Below are positions 24,862 through 37,100 of a stretch of 64,000 bases of DNA, in pieces. A program made the position numbers and the translations under genes. Below the pieces are notes generated by a model, which was not told where the DNA came from, ran no database searches, and worked only from the letters and a program-made list of their open reading frames with translations. The DNA is from Oculina patagonica (lineage: Eukaryota). Location of the stretch: contig NC_135760.1 in the NCBI RefSeq assembly GCF_052425735.1, positions 496,001 through 560,000 of the forward strand, in the 5' to 3' direction. How positions within the stretch are numbered: the first letter of the stretch is position 1; every line of letters begins with the position of its first letter.

Positions 24862-25999
24862 TGTCGACGCTTTGAGCTCAACACTGGGGATTTGTGAATC
24901 TCGTGACTGTCACAACATCTCAGCTTACACGAAGAGTGAAAACTGGAACCAAGCCATTCACTAATTGGGACTGGGGCTGAAACACTTTCCCGCCGCGAAC
25001 CTTAACCGCGAACCTAACCGCGAACCCGCCGCGCCGTGACGCGCCGCCGTCGGAGCAAACCCCTGAGATTATTGACCATTATTCACTTCTTGCGAGTTCA
25101 TCAGATGCGTCCTTTAATATTTTTAGATCAATGTGACCAGGCATGCCCTCCGATGAACAACTCAGGGTAAAAGGAACCGAGGAAGGCCGAAAACAACATG
25201 AATTTGAAGAAGATCAGAAGTTCAACAAACTTTCTAAATTTGACTGAGTTGGAACTTAGTTAGCTGGAACCAACTGGAATAGGTCGCCAAGGATCTCTGG
25301 TGGACGAGCTATGTTCCAATGGTAACTAAAAGGTTTGAGTTTGTCAAGTCCAGTAGGTTGGTTTTGCCAAGGTCATGGGCTCCTGGTTTTGCTTTTATAA
25401 AGCTTACTCCTGCCCCTCGTGTAATTTTCTTTTTTTTCTCTCTTCAGAAGAATGAGCACTTTTTAAACCAAGAATTTTGCGCAAAAGTGAATTCAGTGAA
25501 ATTTTAAGAGGTTTTAAGAAGGGATAATTTTTTTAGAACACCACCAGACAGTTGACCCCCACTCAAGAGTACCCCAAGTTATCGGGGGACTGTTGGTGTC
25601 CATCTACTAATTTTTTACTTCAAATTCTAATTTTAAAATCACAATAAATCTTCAATATTTCTTATCTTACTTCTCTATGGCCTTTGAGAAGAACTTTCTC
25701 CTCCTAAACATCCCCAAAATCACCCAAAAGTTTACAAAACACCGCAAAACATAGATTCGAGAAATGAGCAGAGAGTTTTTGGATTGCTTCTGATTACTTA
25801 AAACGCGAACGAGATATTCGAGTAAAAGGGCTGTTTATGTTTTAAAAAGGAAAAGTTAATTGGCGGAAACATGATTCATATTAAAGTCAAAAAACACACC
25901 CTTTATGAGACTAAAACAAGATTCAAAGATTATAGAACGACCTTTTACTATCCATGGTTTGTGTAAAACGCTGTGTAACCGGGCACGAGTTAACACCGC

Positions 26000-26130
26000 G
26001 GCCTCACGTGATAGGCATGTGGACGAATTTTCTCGACCGATCACCGCCTTTTATTTCAGTTTAAACCTCGGTTGTCGTCAGCTACAGCGCGCGCTATTAC
26101 GTCACAATGGATTAAGGTATAAAAGGGTCG
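26000..26130 (+). promoter_or_regulatory. Candidate promoter of the uncharacterised gene: E-box, CRE-like site, TATA box
   Basis: tcacgtga at ~26004, ttacgtca at ~26097 and tataaaag at ~26118, about 90 bp before the ATG at 26206. Confidence 0.5.
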
Positions 26131-26205
26131 CGCGTCGACAAAAATCATGAGTTGACAGTTGAAATTTGTTGAGATAGCTTTACTACGTTTGCTTACAGAA
26201 TCGAG

Positions 26206-29200
26206 ATGATGGGTTGGGTATTTAGTAGAAACGAAGCGTTGAGCTTCAGGAAGAAGAAAAAGGTGAGCAAACTTCAAATGGTAGTGAACGTTTCTCAAAA
26301 ATTGTTAAAAAATGATGCTTTTCCATCGATTTTGCGCGACTGCTTGTTCAAACGGTTTTTGCAAACCGTTAAACTTTGTGACATCAATGCACACGGCTTC
26401 CAAATTTAAAATTTGCGCGAGACCTGGGACGAAACTTGTGTTGCGTGAAACCTGGTAACTAAAAAAAATCATCATTTTCACTGAAAAAAATAAACAGCCT
26501 GTATTTTGTCTTTACCGAGTACTTAGCAGCTAGCTCCTTTCTTTACGGAAGGAGCTAACTACCATGTTTTCGGTATAGACTACGGTCGTTTATGGTCATC
26601 TGCTTGCGGCTATTTCAGGTTTTGATGTTCTTCGAGCTCGCAATTTTGTCAAATAAAAACTGTGCACTTGATTGCTTTGAACTCCTTTTCTTCAACATTT
26701 TCATTAAGCAAGGGCGTATATATTGTAATGCAGTAATTTTTTTCATTGTCTCTGAAAAGCCGCCATGGGGAGTTGACAATAAAATTTGTATTGTATTTTA
26801 TTGTATTGTTCCCGATTAAAAAGGAGATTGGAATGAGTCCATTTAAGGCGCTGTTATACTAGGCAATGTTTGATGAAATTTGCTCCGCAATATTTTGTTG
26901 CGCCGTTGCGAGACAAACACTTTGATAAACAAGGAACGTGCTCAGTGTAAAGCGGATTAGTGGAAAACACGGGGCCGAGGTCCCGGGGTCCCGGGGTGTG
27001 GAAAACGCGGGGTCCCGGGGTCTGTAGAAAACACGGGGTGTGGAAAACGCGGGGTCCCGGGGTCTGTGGAAAATGCGGGGTCCCGGGGTCTAAAAATAAA
27101 AAGATCTAGACGGTGAAAAAAAAATTCTGGCTGAAAAGACATGTATAATAGTTTATCACCAAAGTTAATACATTCGTAAAACGTATTTCCTTGCATTGAA
27201 AGCCTATTTTTCATGTCGTAAAAAAGCCATTCAAGTTTGTGAATCATATACTTGTCTTTGCGATCCTTTAAATATCGTATTTTTTCCATTTTAAAAAAAG
27301 AAACTAATTATGAGTTATATACATTTTGTTAGTTGGAAATAATTTTTTGTCAAAAATTAACCTACAAATTTTTATCCTGAATCCGAAAACATTAAGACAA
27401 ACTACGCGCCAACAACGTCCATGACTGGCACTGCGCTGACTTCATTCACCTAGTTTCATTCATGAATCGGCGTGCGGTGCCGTGGTTTTGGCATTACCGA
27501 GTATTTAGGATGAGGAATATCTGTCATGACAATCTCAAATGTGAACACTTTTGTCACTTCACGCCTGGATTACTGCAACAGTATACTTTACGGCCTTCCT
27601 AAGCTTGAGCATGATAAACTGCAGCCGAATAAAGAACATTGCAGCGCGACTGATTACTGGAACCAAGCGGAAAGAACACATAACTCCCACCCTCAAGGAC
27701 ATGCACTGGCTTCCTGTCAAATTACGCATCGTTTTTAAGATCCTACTTTTAACCAACAAAGCCCTTAATTGTCAATCACTAACCTACTTAACTTGTCTTT
27801 TTAACGCCTATAAACCAGCTCGTTCCCTACGATCATCTGGCCAATGAATCTTACAAATTCCTGACGTGAAAACATGTTCATACGGTCAAAGTTCCTTTTC
27901 TTTTTACGCCCCTAAACTTTGGAACGACCTACCTTTTCATATCACTGATAGGGTCTGAGGGCATAGCGATTTTTAAAAAGAACCCTAAAACATTTCACAA
28001 GCCGCTAGTAACTGTTTTCAAAACAAAAAACAAATTCAACTTCGGAATAAAAAATACGTGGGACCCCGTGTTTTCCACAGACCCCGGGACCCCGCGTTTT
28101 CCACACCCCGTGTTTTCCACACCCCGGAACCCCGGGTAGGCACACACTAGGGGACAAGTCGCAGGGACTTATCCCTTAGTGTGTACACACTAAAAAAATG
28201 ACCGATTTGTGGGACTGGTCCCTGCGACTATAGTCCCAGAAACCAAACCATGCAGCTTAATTCGTTGGACTAGTCGCAGGGTGTGGTCCCTGCGACTAGA
28301 ATTTCGATGCAAAATTTGAGTACACACTAGGGGACTGGTCCCCGAAGCAAGTTCCCGCGACAAGTCCCTGCGACTAGTCCCCTAGTGTGTGTCGACCTTA
28401 ACAGCGCAGTCCATTGCAGCGTTCAGTTTGCGCAAACGCTTGTTGAAATGCCGAAAACGTTGAGAGACATGTATAGTTCAGCGAGTGTTACATGCGGCAT
28501 TTTTTTGCAAACGATGTCACAGCAATTAAAATTGAGAAGTTGCACAAAAAATTGCTAGTAGAAACCGTCGTCTTTGCAGATCGACCCATATTACACCAGT
28601 GTACAAAAACAAACCGGATAGGTCACAGAAGATGTTTGAATCATCGGCAAACGATTAGCCTGCGAGAGCAGACGCATTTCCGGCCGTCGCTTCCTCCGCC
28701 GAAAATAGCGCGCGAACCGAGCCAGAGAATGATTTCTGTGACGTCATTTCAAGGTAACCAACACAATTACCTGCAACAAGGTGCCACGCGGAGTCTGCGA
28801 GAGCACGCACAACGCGGAGAAAAAATGGCGAATGAGTTGGACACCACTGCGAGGGGAGCAGATGCACAAGAAGGAGAGAGAAGACGACTCACAATCTCGA
28901 ATGGATTGGGATCGGACACAGACAGATGGAGAACCGGAACATGGATCCTCGCCGCCAAAGTGGAGAAGACAGCAGCCAGCACGCGCGAAAGCGGACCGCC
29001 GAGAAAAAGCCAGCCGAGACACACACACCAGGAGGGAGGAACGAGGGACGAGCAGAGACACACCAGCGAAGAAGCGGAGGACCGCCGGGGGAAGGCGGGA
29101 ACGGACACAAGGAGGGAAGAGTGAGAGGGGAGGACCCTACGGGGAGAAAAGAGGAAAGAAAGGGAATGGGAAGTGAGTAGGTGAAGAGGGGGGAGGGGGA

Positions 29201-31730
29201 GGAGATGAGTGTGAAGAGAAAGGGGAGGCACAAGGGAAGAGAAACGAACTGGCAGGAAAGGACGAAGAAGCAGGTGAGGGCGTGTAGCTAACGGCGAGAA
29301 GAGAATGGAAGAAAAAAGAAGACAGACGAAAGAGAAGGAACGGGAGAAACCGAGTCAACAGCTGAGACAGCGATGTGGAGGGAGGGGGTGTGACGTGTTG
29401 GCGAAGAGGAAAGGGAAACAAAAGATGCGACGCACGAAATCACCGGCCGGGCAGACGTTTTTTCGGCGGAGAGAAGCGACGGCCGGAAATGCGTCTGCTC
29501 TCGCAGGCTAGCAAACGATGGGTCATATTTGCCGCTCATATTCTGAAATACCCAGCGATCAGGCGTTCTGTTTCTTTCCTACCGCCGCAGAAAAAGGAAC
29601 GCCGCCCGATCGCAGGTTAATTCTGAAAAGTAAATTACAGCAAAGCGCAACACTTGAAAACCTACGGGTCGAAAAAACAACAACAATAGCTTTCCTTCAT
29701 TTGTATAGGCTCGGCTTATGTAGAGTTCGACGTTTGACTCGGGTCCTGTTCCATTTACCTTAAAACAACTGAAGTATATAAATCTGTTTTCATTTAGACT
29801 GTAAAGATAGACAAGATATACCATGGCCATGAATGCTTTTCAACATCTCTACACAGCGTTCACCCCGTCAAGAAGCCAGAAAGTCGCCCTATACCATCAA
29901 AGGGCGCACGATTTAACATCTCATTCATATACGAGGGTATTCTTCAGGAATACTCAACCTTGGGCTTCTTGATGGGAGGGAGGAACTTTCCTGACGGGGA
30001 ACTGGTTTTTAAGGAAAGAGAGGAAAGAAAACCAGCATTACAAGGTATTGCCTTTTAACCTTTTATCACAGTTTAACCATTCACGTCCCCAGAGCCGCTT
30101 TACCCTCTTCGCCGGGTAGGCCTGGGGCATGAGAAACAAGTAGTCCAGACCTACTTACTCTGAAAGTGCCGTCAAATAAAATTTTCCAATATGGGGTTGG
30201 CACGGAGGGGCTGACGGCTAGCGCTTGCAATTTGATTGACAAATCTATGTCAGCTATTTATATATACCACAACCGGTGTCAAACCCTGACTCGGCCCCAT
30301 TCGTCTTCAAACAGCACGCTTTAAATGGAGAGATGCGCGCGAGACCGGTGGGAGGAGGGGGGGGGGGGGGGAGAGGGAAGCAGGGTCGGTATACCCATCT
30401 CTCCCTTTGCTTTATAAAGACGACTAGGGACGAGTCAGTGCCGAGCCTATGTGATACTAATAGTGTTTATATATTGTACCTGTTTTTAGACAGTACTAAA
30501 GTTCCTCCTCCACAAATTGACATCCCCGTCTCTTTACCAGCTGCTGTCTCGAGCCACGAAGGTAATGCTTTCTCACATACAAGTAAATTGGTATTTTTAG
30601 AATGATGATACAGGGATTGTTTCTCACTCTTTTGGACTGGATTTGAATTAGACCTCATCAAACTTATCAGTTGGCTGACATTTAAGTTTTTGGGCTCATT
30701 CATTGTGTCAAGTCTTACACAAATTTTAAACTTGTACCTACCAGTGTTGATAATATCATTGTGAGTGAGTATATATGTTTAAGTTCGTGTCGCTCTTTTG
30801 ATGAATACTAACCTATTATTTTCTTCTTTTTTTACCCTTGTCAGCTATTCGTAAAGTTGCTGCTAAGACAATGCGCACCACCGTGAATTTACCGGACTGT
30901 CTTAGCTATCAAGGTAAATTTGAGCAAAAGGCAAAATTTCCGTTCAAGCCATAAGGCTGTTAATTATTCCCCACCCCGGGTCGGCAGCCAAGAATCGACA
31001 TAAGTATTTCTACCCCATTACCCCGCCTATGGTTTGCCCCTCCCCCATCCCCACTCACGCGACATTTTAAAATTCGTATTTGGGAGGCACTGTGAGAGTT
31101 AAGTGTCCTGCCTATGACATTAAATGAAACAACTACGGAACTGTCTTAGTGATGTGAAAGTAATACGCTTTTTGTAATTTCAAGGTGAACACTAATTATT
31201 CTTTCTTTTAACAGGCCTTCATGAATATGGATATCATCTGTTCTGGCTTGAATCAGCAACATACTGCCGCTCTTTGGAGAGCCTGACTGCGTAAGTGTTT
31301 TAAGTTTTTTTAATCTTTTCTTGGTGCTCTTAGGAATTTAAAATGGAGTTGATGAATTTATTGAATATATTATAATTGCCGTTACGTTACATCAAAGTTA
31401 TTAGCTTGCAAACAGCCGATAAGAAACAATTATTTTGTTAGGACTTTTAATGTAATTTATATTTCATGCACATAATCAAGAAATATCTTGAAGCGCAGCG
31501 TTCAAATCGAATACATTTCTAGCTTGTTTAATAAAGTGTCTTCTGCGGTAATCAGTATAAAATATATTTATTTTTTCTCGTTCCACAGCCACATATCAGA
31601 GGCAATTAGTAGCGTGGTTGGAGGGAGAATGTTTAAGATCGTGTACCGAGAACACCATGATGGCACAGCCTACCTCCCTCACCAATTAACCCATGCCGGG
31701 GAACTTTTTGACACCCTATGTACCCGGTAG
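26206..31730 (+). CDS. Uncharacterised 220-aa protein, six coding exons
   Basis: Exons 26206-26262, 29798-30044, 30490-30561, 30845-30913, 31215-31290 and 31589-31730. All introns are GT-AG with matching phases (0,1,1,1,2), giving 663 nt with no internal stop. The exon 1 link is the least certain part. Confidence 0.75.
26960..28137. mobile_element. Inverted-repeat element with arrays of tggaaaac(a/g)cgggg(gtcccgggg) sub-terminal repeats
   Basis: The repeat array at 26960-27090 is the reverse complement of the array at 28060-28137. Confidence 0.7.
27530..27995 (+). mobile_element. Frameshifted L2/CR1-clade LINE ORF2 C-terminal fragment
   Basis: FVTSRLDYCNSILYGLP / NIAARLITGTKRKEHITPTLKDMHWLPV..RIVFKILLL..YKPARSLRSS / FYAPKLWNDLP, split across frames. 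Confidence 0.88.
28137..28399. mobile_element. MITE with cacacactagggga..gtcgcagggact inverted repeats
   Basis: cacacactaggggacaagtcgcagggactt at the left end versus aagtccctgcgactagtcccctagtgtgtg at the right end. Confidence 0.7.
28656..29510. mobile_element. Young TIR element with 9-bp target duplication and purine-skewed interior
   Basis: Perfect TIR tagcctgcgagagcagacgcatttccggccgtcgcttc; gcaaacgat at 28647-28655 and 29511-29519. Confidence 0.9.
29549..29619. mobile_element. 71-bp mini-MITE with 9-bp target duplication
   Basis: tacccagcgatc / gatcgcaggtta ends; attctgaaa at 29540-29548 and 29620-29628. Confidence 0.65.
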
Positions 31731-31944
31731 GTAATGGGAATAATAATAATTAAGTCTGTAGGTCTGCAGTTTATATTGACTATATTGTTAACAAGTAATT
31801 TCACATTTATTCCTTCTAAACAAATGTCTACCAATGTTTAACGTTTGTAATAGAAACGACACTTATTTTTAATCAAGCTTTAAAATAAGAGTTCATCAAG
31901 ATTCAAGAATAAAAGTAAAAATATTCGATGCTGTGTGTAGCACT

Positions 31945-32115
31945 CAAAATAATTTTCAACAAGTGTTCAATAGTGTTCAAAACAATTTTCAACAAGTGTT
32001 TAATAGTGTTCAAAACAATTTTCAACAAGTGTTTAATAGTGTTCAAAAGAATTTTCAACAAGTGTTTAATAGTGTTCAAAAGAATTTTCAACAAGTGTTC
32101 AATGGTGTTCAAAAT
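31945..32115. repeat. 33-bp minisatellite, about 5 copies
   Basis: Unit aattttcaacaagtgtt(t/c)aatagtgttcaaaa(c/ag) repeated in tandem. Confidence 0.9.
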
Positions 32116-32124
32116 AACATGTTT

Positions 32125-32385
32125 ATTGTGAAGTTTATATGTAATTTATGAAGTTAATCTAAGGATGAAACGTGTAATTTATGAAGTTTATGTAAGGATG
32201 AAACGTAATTTATGTAGTTTATGACGTTAATCTAAGGATGCTATCTGTAATTTATGACGTTCTTCTAAATAATTCAACTTTAACATGTAATGTATGAATG
32301 ATGCTTATCTAAGAATGTAAACTGTAATTTGTAGTAAAGTTTATCTATGGAATTGGTGCGCCTGTAAGTTTTGAAGTTTATCTAA
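32125..32385. repeat. Degenerate ~30-bp tandem repeat
   Basis: Recurrent tgtaatttatga(a/c)gtt..atctaaggatg units. Confidence 0.7.
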
Positions 32386-32834
32386 AAATACAGCTCTCTT
32401 TTTTTCAACTAGAACTATGTAATACAGATCAATCTATTTTAGCTGAAATCTTGTTCTGAGTCACATTAATTACTGGAAAATTCTTCGTTCATGTCATTGA
32501 TTCCTACTGTTACGAATAAAACTCTTTTAAATCGCGTTAAATTAAAATGTTCTGACCTGTTTAATCTATGAACTAGGTAAGGTGGTAGTCTTTATTTAAC
32601 GAGGGTAGCACTAAAATAGCATAAAAACACTAACAAACCAGTGGCCCTCAATAATTATTTACAATAAAATATAAAAATACTCAGATGATCGATTGGCATG
32701 AATTATCTTTTATAACTCTGTTTTCAATGTTGTAACAATTAATTCTTTTTCTTGAATTACAAATAAACAAAAATAAAAGAAATTGCTTGTGTTGTCTTTG
32801 ATCTATTTATTATACAGTGTGATCCAGATTTCTC

Positions 32835-32978
32835 TGACTACGAGCAGTCCTATTTTTTCGCAGAGCCCAGCGAAGCGAACGAGTTCGTCGAGCAAGCGAA
32901 AAATACGCCCCCCCCCGCGCGACGCGAGCCGACGACCCTCTCAGCCGGGACGCGAAAAAAAGGGACAGCTCGTAGTCA
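32835..32978. mobile_element. MITE with 9-bp target duplication
   Basis: tgactacgagcagtcc / ggacagctcgtagtca ends; agatttctc at 32826-32834 and 32979-32987. Confidence 0.75.
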
Positions 32979-34190
32979 AGATTTCTCAAACCCTTGGTTT
33001 CTTTAATATCCCTGTAACTCAAACCAAAAGTCGTTTCCCTTGACTTTGCTTCACACAGTCAAACATTGCAATTTTACGCCTATTTTCCAGCTCTTGTACA
33101 GCTGCGTACGTTTTCAAATAATTTTTAAAAAATGAGCGACTCTCGAGAGTTCCGTTGCAGGAACTCAATTTTCACAGTCCAGCCTGCGAACAGGCTCCCT
33201 AGTGGAGTGTAAGGCAAAAATAATGGGTGAGGGGAGCGGGCCGAAAAAATAATCGGTAAAGAAAGCCGAGCGCGTTTTCGATGCGAGTCTTCCCTGCCTC
33301 TACGCCTAGTCCACACAATCAAAAAGAAGCGTGAGCGCTCACGAGTACTCCGAAAGCAATTGCTCCTACAAATACGTCATGTTGCTTAGCAACTTTTGGG
33401 ACGAAAACCGCGGGCTCAGTCACTTCTCGGAGAAGTGATGTCGCCATCAACTGGCACTTGTTTCCCGGACTGTAGTCATGTAACTTATATGAAAATGAGT
33501 TTCACCTACAAATTGCAAAAATGCAAATAAAATGCAAATCAAACTCATTTTCATTTGAATTGTTCGCACGTAGACTCATTTTGAAACAGAGGCAAAGGGG
33601 AACTCGGAAATGACCAATTACTAGACCACACTAGAATACAGTTTAAAAAAATTTTTATTTCAGGATTTTACATTTTACACAACCTCTTTACAAAACGTAA
33701 AGCAATTTATTTCCTTTATAAATAATAGCATATGTTCATGACAACCTATTTACAAACATTTTCTTTATATACAACGGCATAATTTTATAATGGCGAATAA
33801 ACTTTTTTCACAGGGCCGTATGATAAACTAAGATTTCAAAAGCGATAAAAATAAAACTAAACAAATGCAAAAGTACAAGCTCAATAGCGTACAATTGGTT
33901 CAGCTAGCTACACCCAAAATTGAGTGTTTCTTCCCCAGATGTGGTTGTAATTTTTGAGTCTACGTGAAATTGCAGTAATTTCCTTCGTGCTGTTTACTGT
34001 GTCAAGATCTTTCCAAGTAAAAAAAGAATCGAAAATTTGTAAAATTTATAGTTCGAGTTTATCATTTATGCTCTCTATGGTATCTAAATATTTTTTGTTT
34101 TCATTTAATTTTAAAATAATACATTTTCTGTTTCCTTTACGTGAAGACTATTTTGTCCTTTATAGAAGCTACAGTAGTAACAATGTCATA

Positions 34191-37100
34191 TCAAGCGACC
34201 ATGGTTGGGGTTTGAGCGATCTTTGCAGCTTCCAATGAAATCACATCATGCGCTGCGTTGTTTGCCTCTAGGAAGCGGTTAATGTGTTCAATGATCCTCA
34301 TCATTTCAGACTGTAAGGTTACTAATTTGTCTCCATTGTCAATGCACTTCAGCTCGAACTCGGCAATGTCTGCTTTACTTTGTAAACCACGCAGACGATA
34401 GAAGTACTCGAGCGCTTGACGCATGCGTCCTTGGAGGACATACAACTGAAATAGAATGAAAAATATATCCTTATTTAGGTGGCGTACACGAGTTAAGCGG
34501 TTTGCTTGTTGTCCCAATACGTACATACCGACAAGAGAACCTATCAGATTCGCGGATTTGAAGTAGAACACAATGAGAGTCTTCTAGTCATTTACGTTCG
34601 CTGTGACTGATACAGTCAATCAAAAACTACCTTATAGTTTTAGTGTAAGCTTACCTCTCTGTGATCCTTCAAGCTGCCTTCATTGTTGACTCTTCTCTCC
34701 ACAAGTCTTAACAAAGCAGCTCTGTTGTTAAGCAACGTGTTTTGTAACCTTTGGTACACTATCGCCAGCTTCTTGTTCTCCATTAATGCTGTTTTCACAC
34801 CTCCCTAAGGGAAAACACAGTCACGTTATTACTAGAAGAAACGATGGCACATTGGGTTATAGATCGCGTTTTATGTTTATTTTCTAATTTTCCTGAATGA
34901 TAGATAGGTAGCTATACAAAACACGGCATCGCCTCTTCAGATTATGGATTTATGCGTTCTCTAACAACTTATCTTTTTAATGAAGAGCGTCCAACCGGTA
35001 TTCTGGAAGGTCATGGGTTCGACTCCCGTTGGGGGAACTCGGAAATCTTTTTTCCGAGTATTCGACTTGAGTACGCTTCTTAATTTATTTTCACTTTATC
35101 CAAGTCTCCATTCCACTTAAAACTTATCTTTTGTTTAAATTTGTGAAATTCTTTGGCTCACGTTACCTGATTGGTAGTTAGCACTTGATTCCTTTCTAAC
35201 ATGTGCGTCTCATGGCTTTCTTTTCCGCGTCTAGTTCTCTCTAAATGTAAAAACAAAACAAGGTTCGTCATTATAATATAAACATCCTCTCCTGTAGTAC
35301 GTCACAGAAGACGTATCTTGAAAAATTAGATCACATGATTACCACAGCACATGCGCCATCTGGAGTTCACCTCTGACCACTTTGTGTTTGCAGTGGCTCA
35401 TAAACAGGCAAAGCGAGAGCCTTCACTGGCTAGATATACTTTGTAAGATTTGTTAGTTGGGATAAACAAAGAGTGCAAACCATTAACCCCTCAAATCTTC
35501 CAAATTTAAGGCGCAAAAGGCAAGATCCCTGAAAAGAAGCAATGCAATGGAAAACAGCCATAGCCTTTTAAAGTTATAAATACCTTCGAGTTGCTGGAGT
35601 GATTTCTTCAAGTCTTGTTCAGTTTCAAATCCTGTTTCTATCTGTATCTTTAACTCAGTCATTTCCTCGCTGAAAAGCAATCGTTTTGAAAATCAGTTAC
35701 ATTCAGCGAGCGAGTGATATATGAAATGTGAGCAAGACAGCAGGGTACTCACGTCAGATCATTAATATTCTCTTGTGTCGTAGCTATGACTTTATTCATC
35801 ATTTGAGAGGAAGACTCCATATCCGCCATTTTCTTCTCCATCATCTCTGACTTCCACGTGATGTGATCTAAGCGTTTGGTCAATTCCATGGTCTCTTTCT
35901 GCAACCAAACAAGCAATGTAAGCCTGGTAATAACTTCATCGCGGTCAAACGCTAAAATGACGTCACCTCCGGTTTTCGCCGCCTCGAACTTTTCTAAGAA
36001 TTTGACTCGAAAATGTGCGAACTTTTGTAGAAAATTGTTAAAGAAATAGCACGGTGAAAAAAAAAATTCAATCTGGGAAACTCAGGGTAGATCAATTATC
36101 AAATTTCCAATCCATAAGCGGTGTATCAACCTTAACTTTCCAGGGACGGCGTTTACTTTTGGCTTTAAAGCGAAAGCTTTCGGAAAATTTAAGACTTTGT
36201 ATGAAGAATTTTGGCCGGAATTGCACAGAAACTTGCAAGCGCGCGGCGTTTGAACGCTGTGTAGGTAATAACAATGCTTTTTACATACTTAACCCATGTG
36301 TTTTAAGAGTCAGCAGTTGGAGTTTACCTTACAAATTCTTAGAGAACCTGAAAACAGTCTTCTTTTATCCAGCCGTTACAGTAGTTAGGGCCCCGAACGA
36401 AACTTAAGACCACTAGCAAATATTTAACAGGCAGACTTCTTTCCTCTCGCAAAACAAGAAAAGGCACTAGCAATTTTTTTAAGGTTTCTGTTGGACTTCA
36501 TGGACCGATGTTTAACTATTTTTCTCTTGTTATTTTGAATTATACAAGGAATTAATTTCAATAAAATCCCCTAAAGATAGCGAGATATTGGCTGCGGTCA
36601 CATCTAGACTGCTAACTATAGTTAGGACGGCGTTAACTATAGTTAGCTATTTCGGTAATGTGACCGCTTCTCTGTTCGCCCTAACTATACAATTGAAAAT
36701 ATTGTTTCCTGCTCCGGATACATAGTTAAAAGGGTTCAAAATGTTTCAAACTCGGAGCGCAAATAAAATTTAAAAGCGTGAAATATTTCGTCTGATATCA
36801 TCCAGACTTCATCAGTCACTGAGGTGTTTTTTTAAGATGAATGTTAAGAAGAATCACTGCCTCGGGGGATAAAATTGTCATAAATAGCTAATCAAAACCA
36901 TTTCTTATTTAACAAGGTTTTATTTATCTCAATGGCCTCTTTCACCCGGCTTTAAATTATTCGTGGAAATCCTCCGGCCCCCAGGAAGCTAGTTTCATTG
37001 TCAGTGGGACCGCCACTGTGCACAGGCAGTAGATTGAGACGACAGATACGGTTAAGTTGACCTGAACTTTAAGGCGTAGAATTGAACTTCTTCGGAGCGT

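Noticed and set aside
25070-25110. Hammerhead-like CTGATGA..GAAT on the minus strand (also weak matches near 49905 and 53430)
   Set aside because: The GAAA box or stems I-III are missing or mismatched.
28492-29539. Overlapping 80-210-aa ORFs on both strands
   Set aside because: They lie in or cross the boundary of a TIR element with low-complexity purine skew that suppresses stops; no protein-like motifs.
31903-32151. Repetitive ORFs (NNFQQVFNSVQ)n and possible CRISPR-like array
   Set aside because: A head-to-tail 33-bp minisatellite with no unique spacers, in a eukaryotic context with no cas genes.
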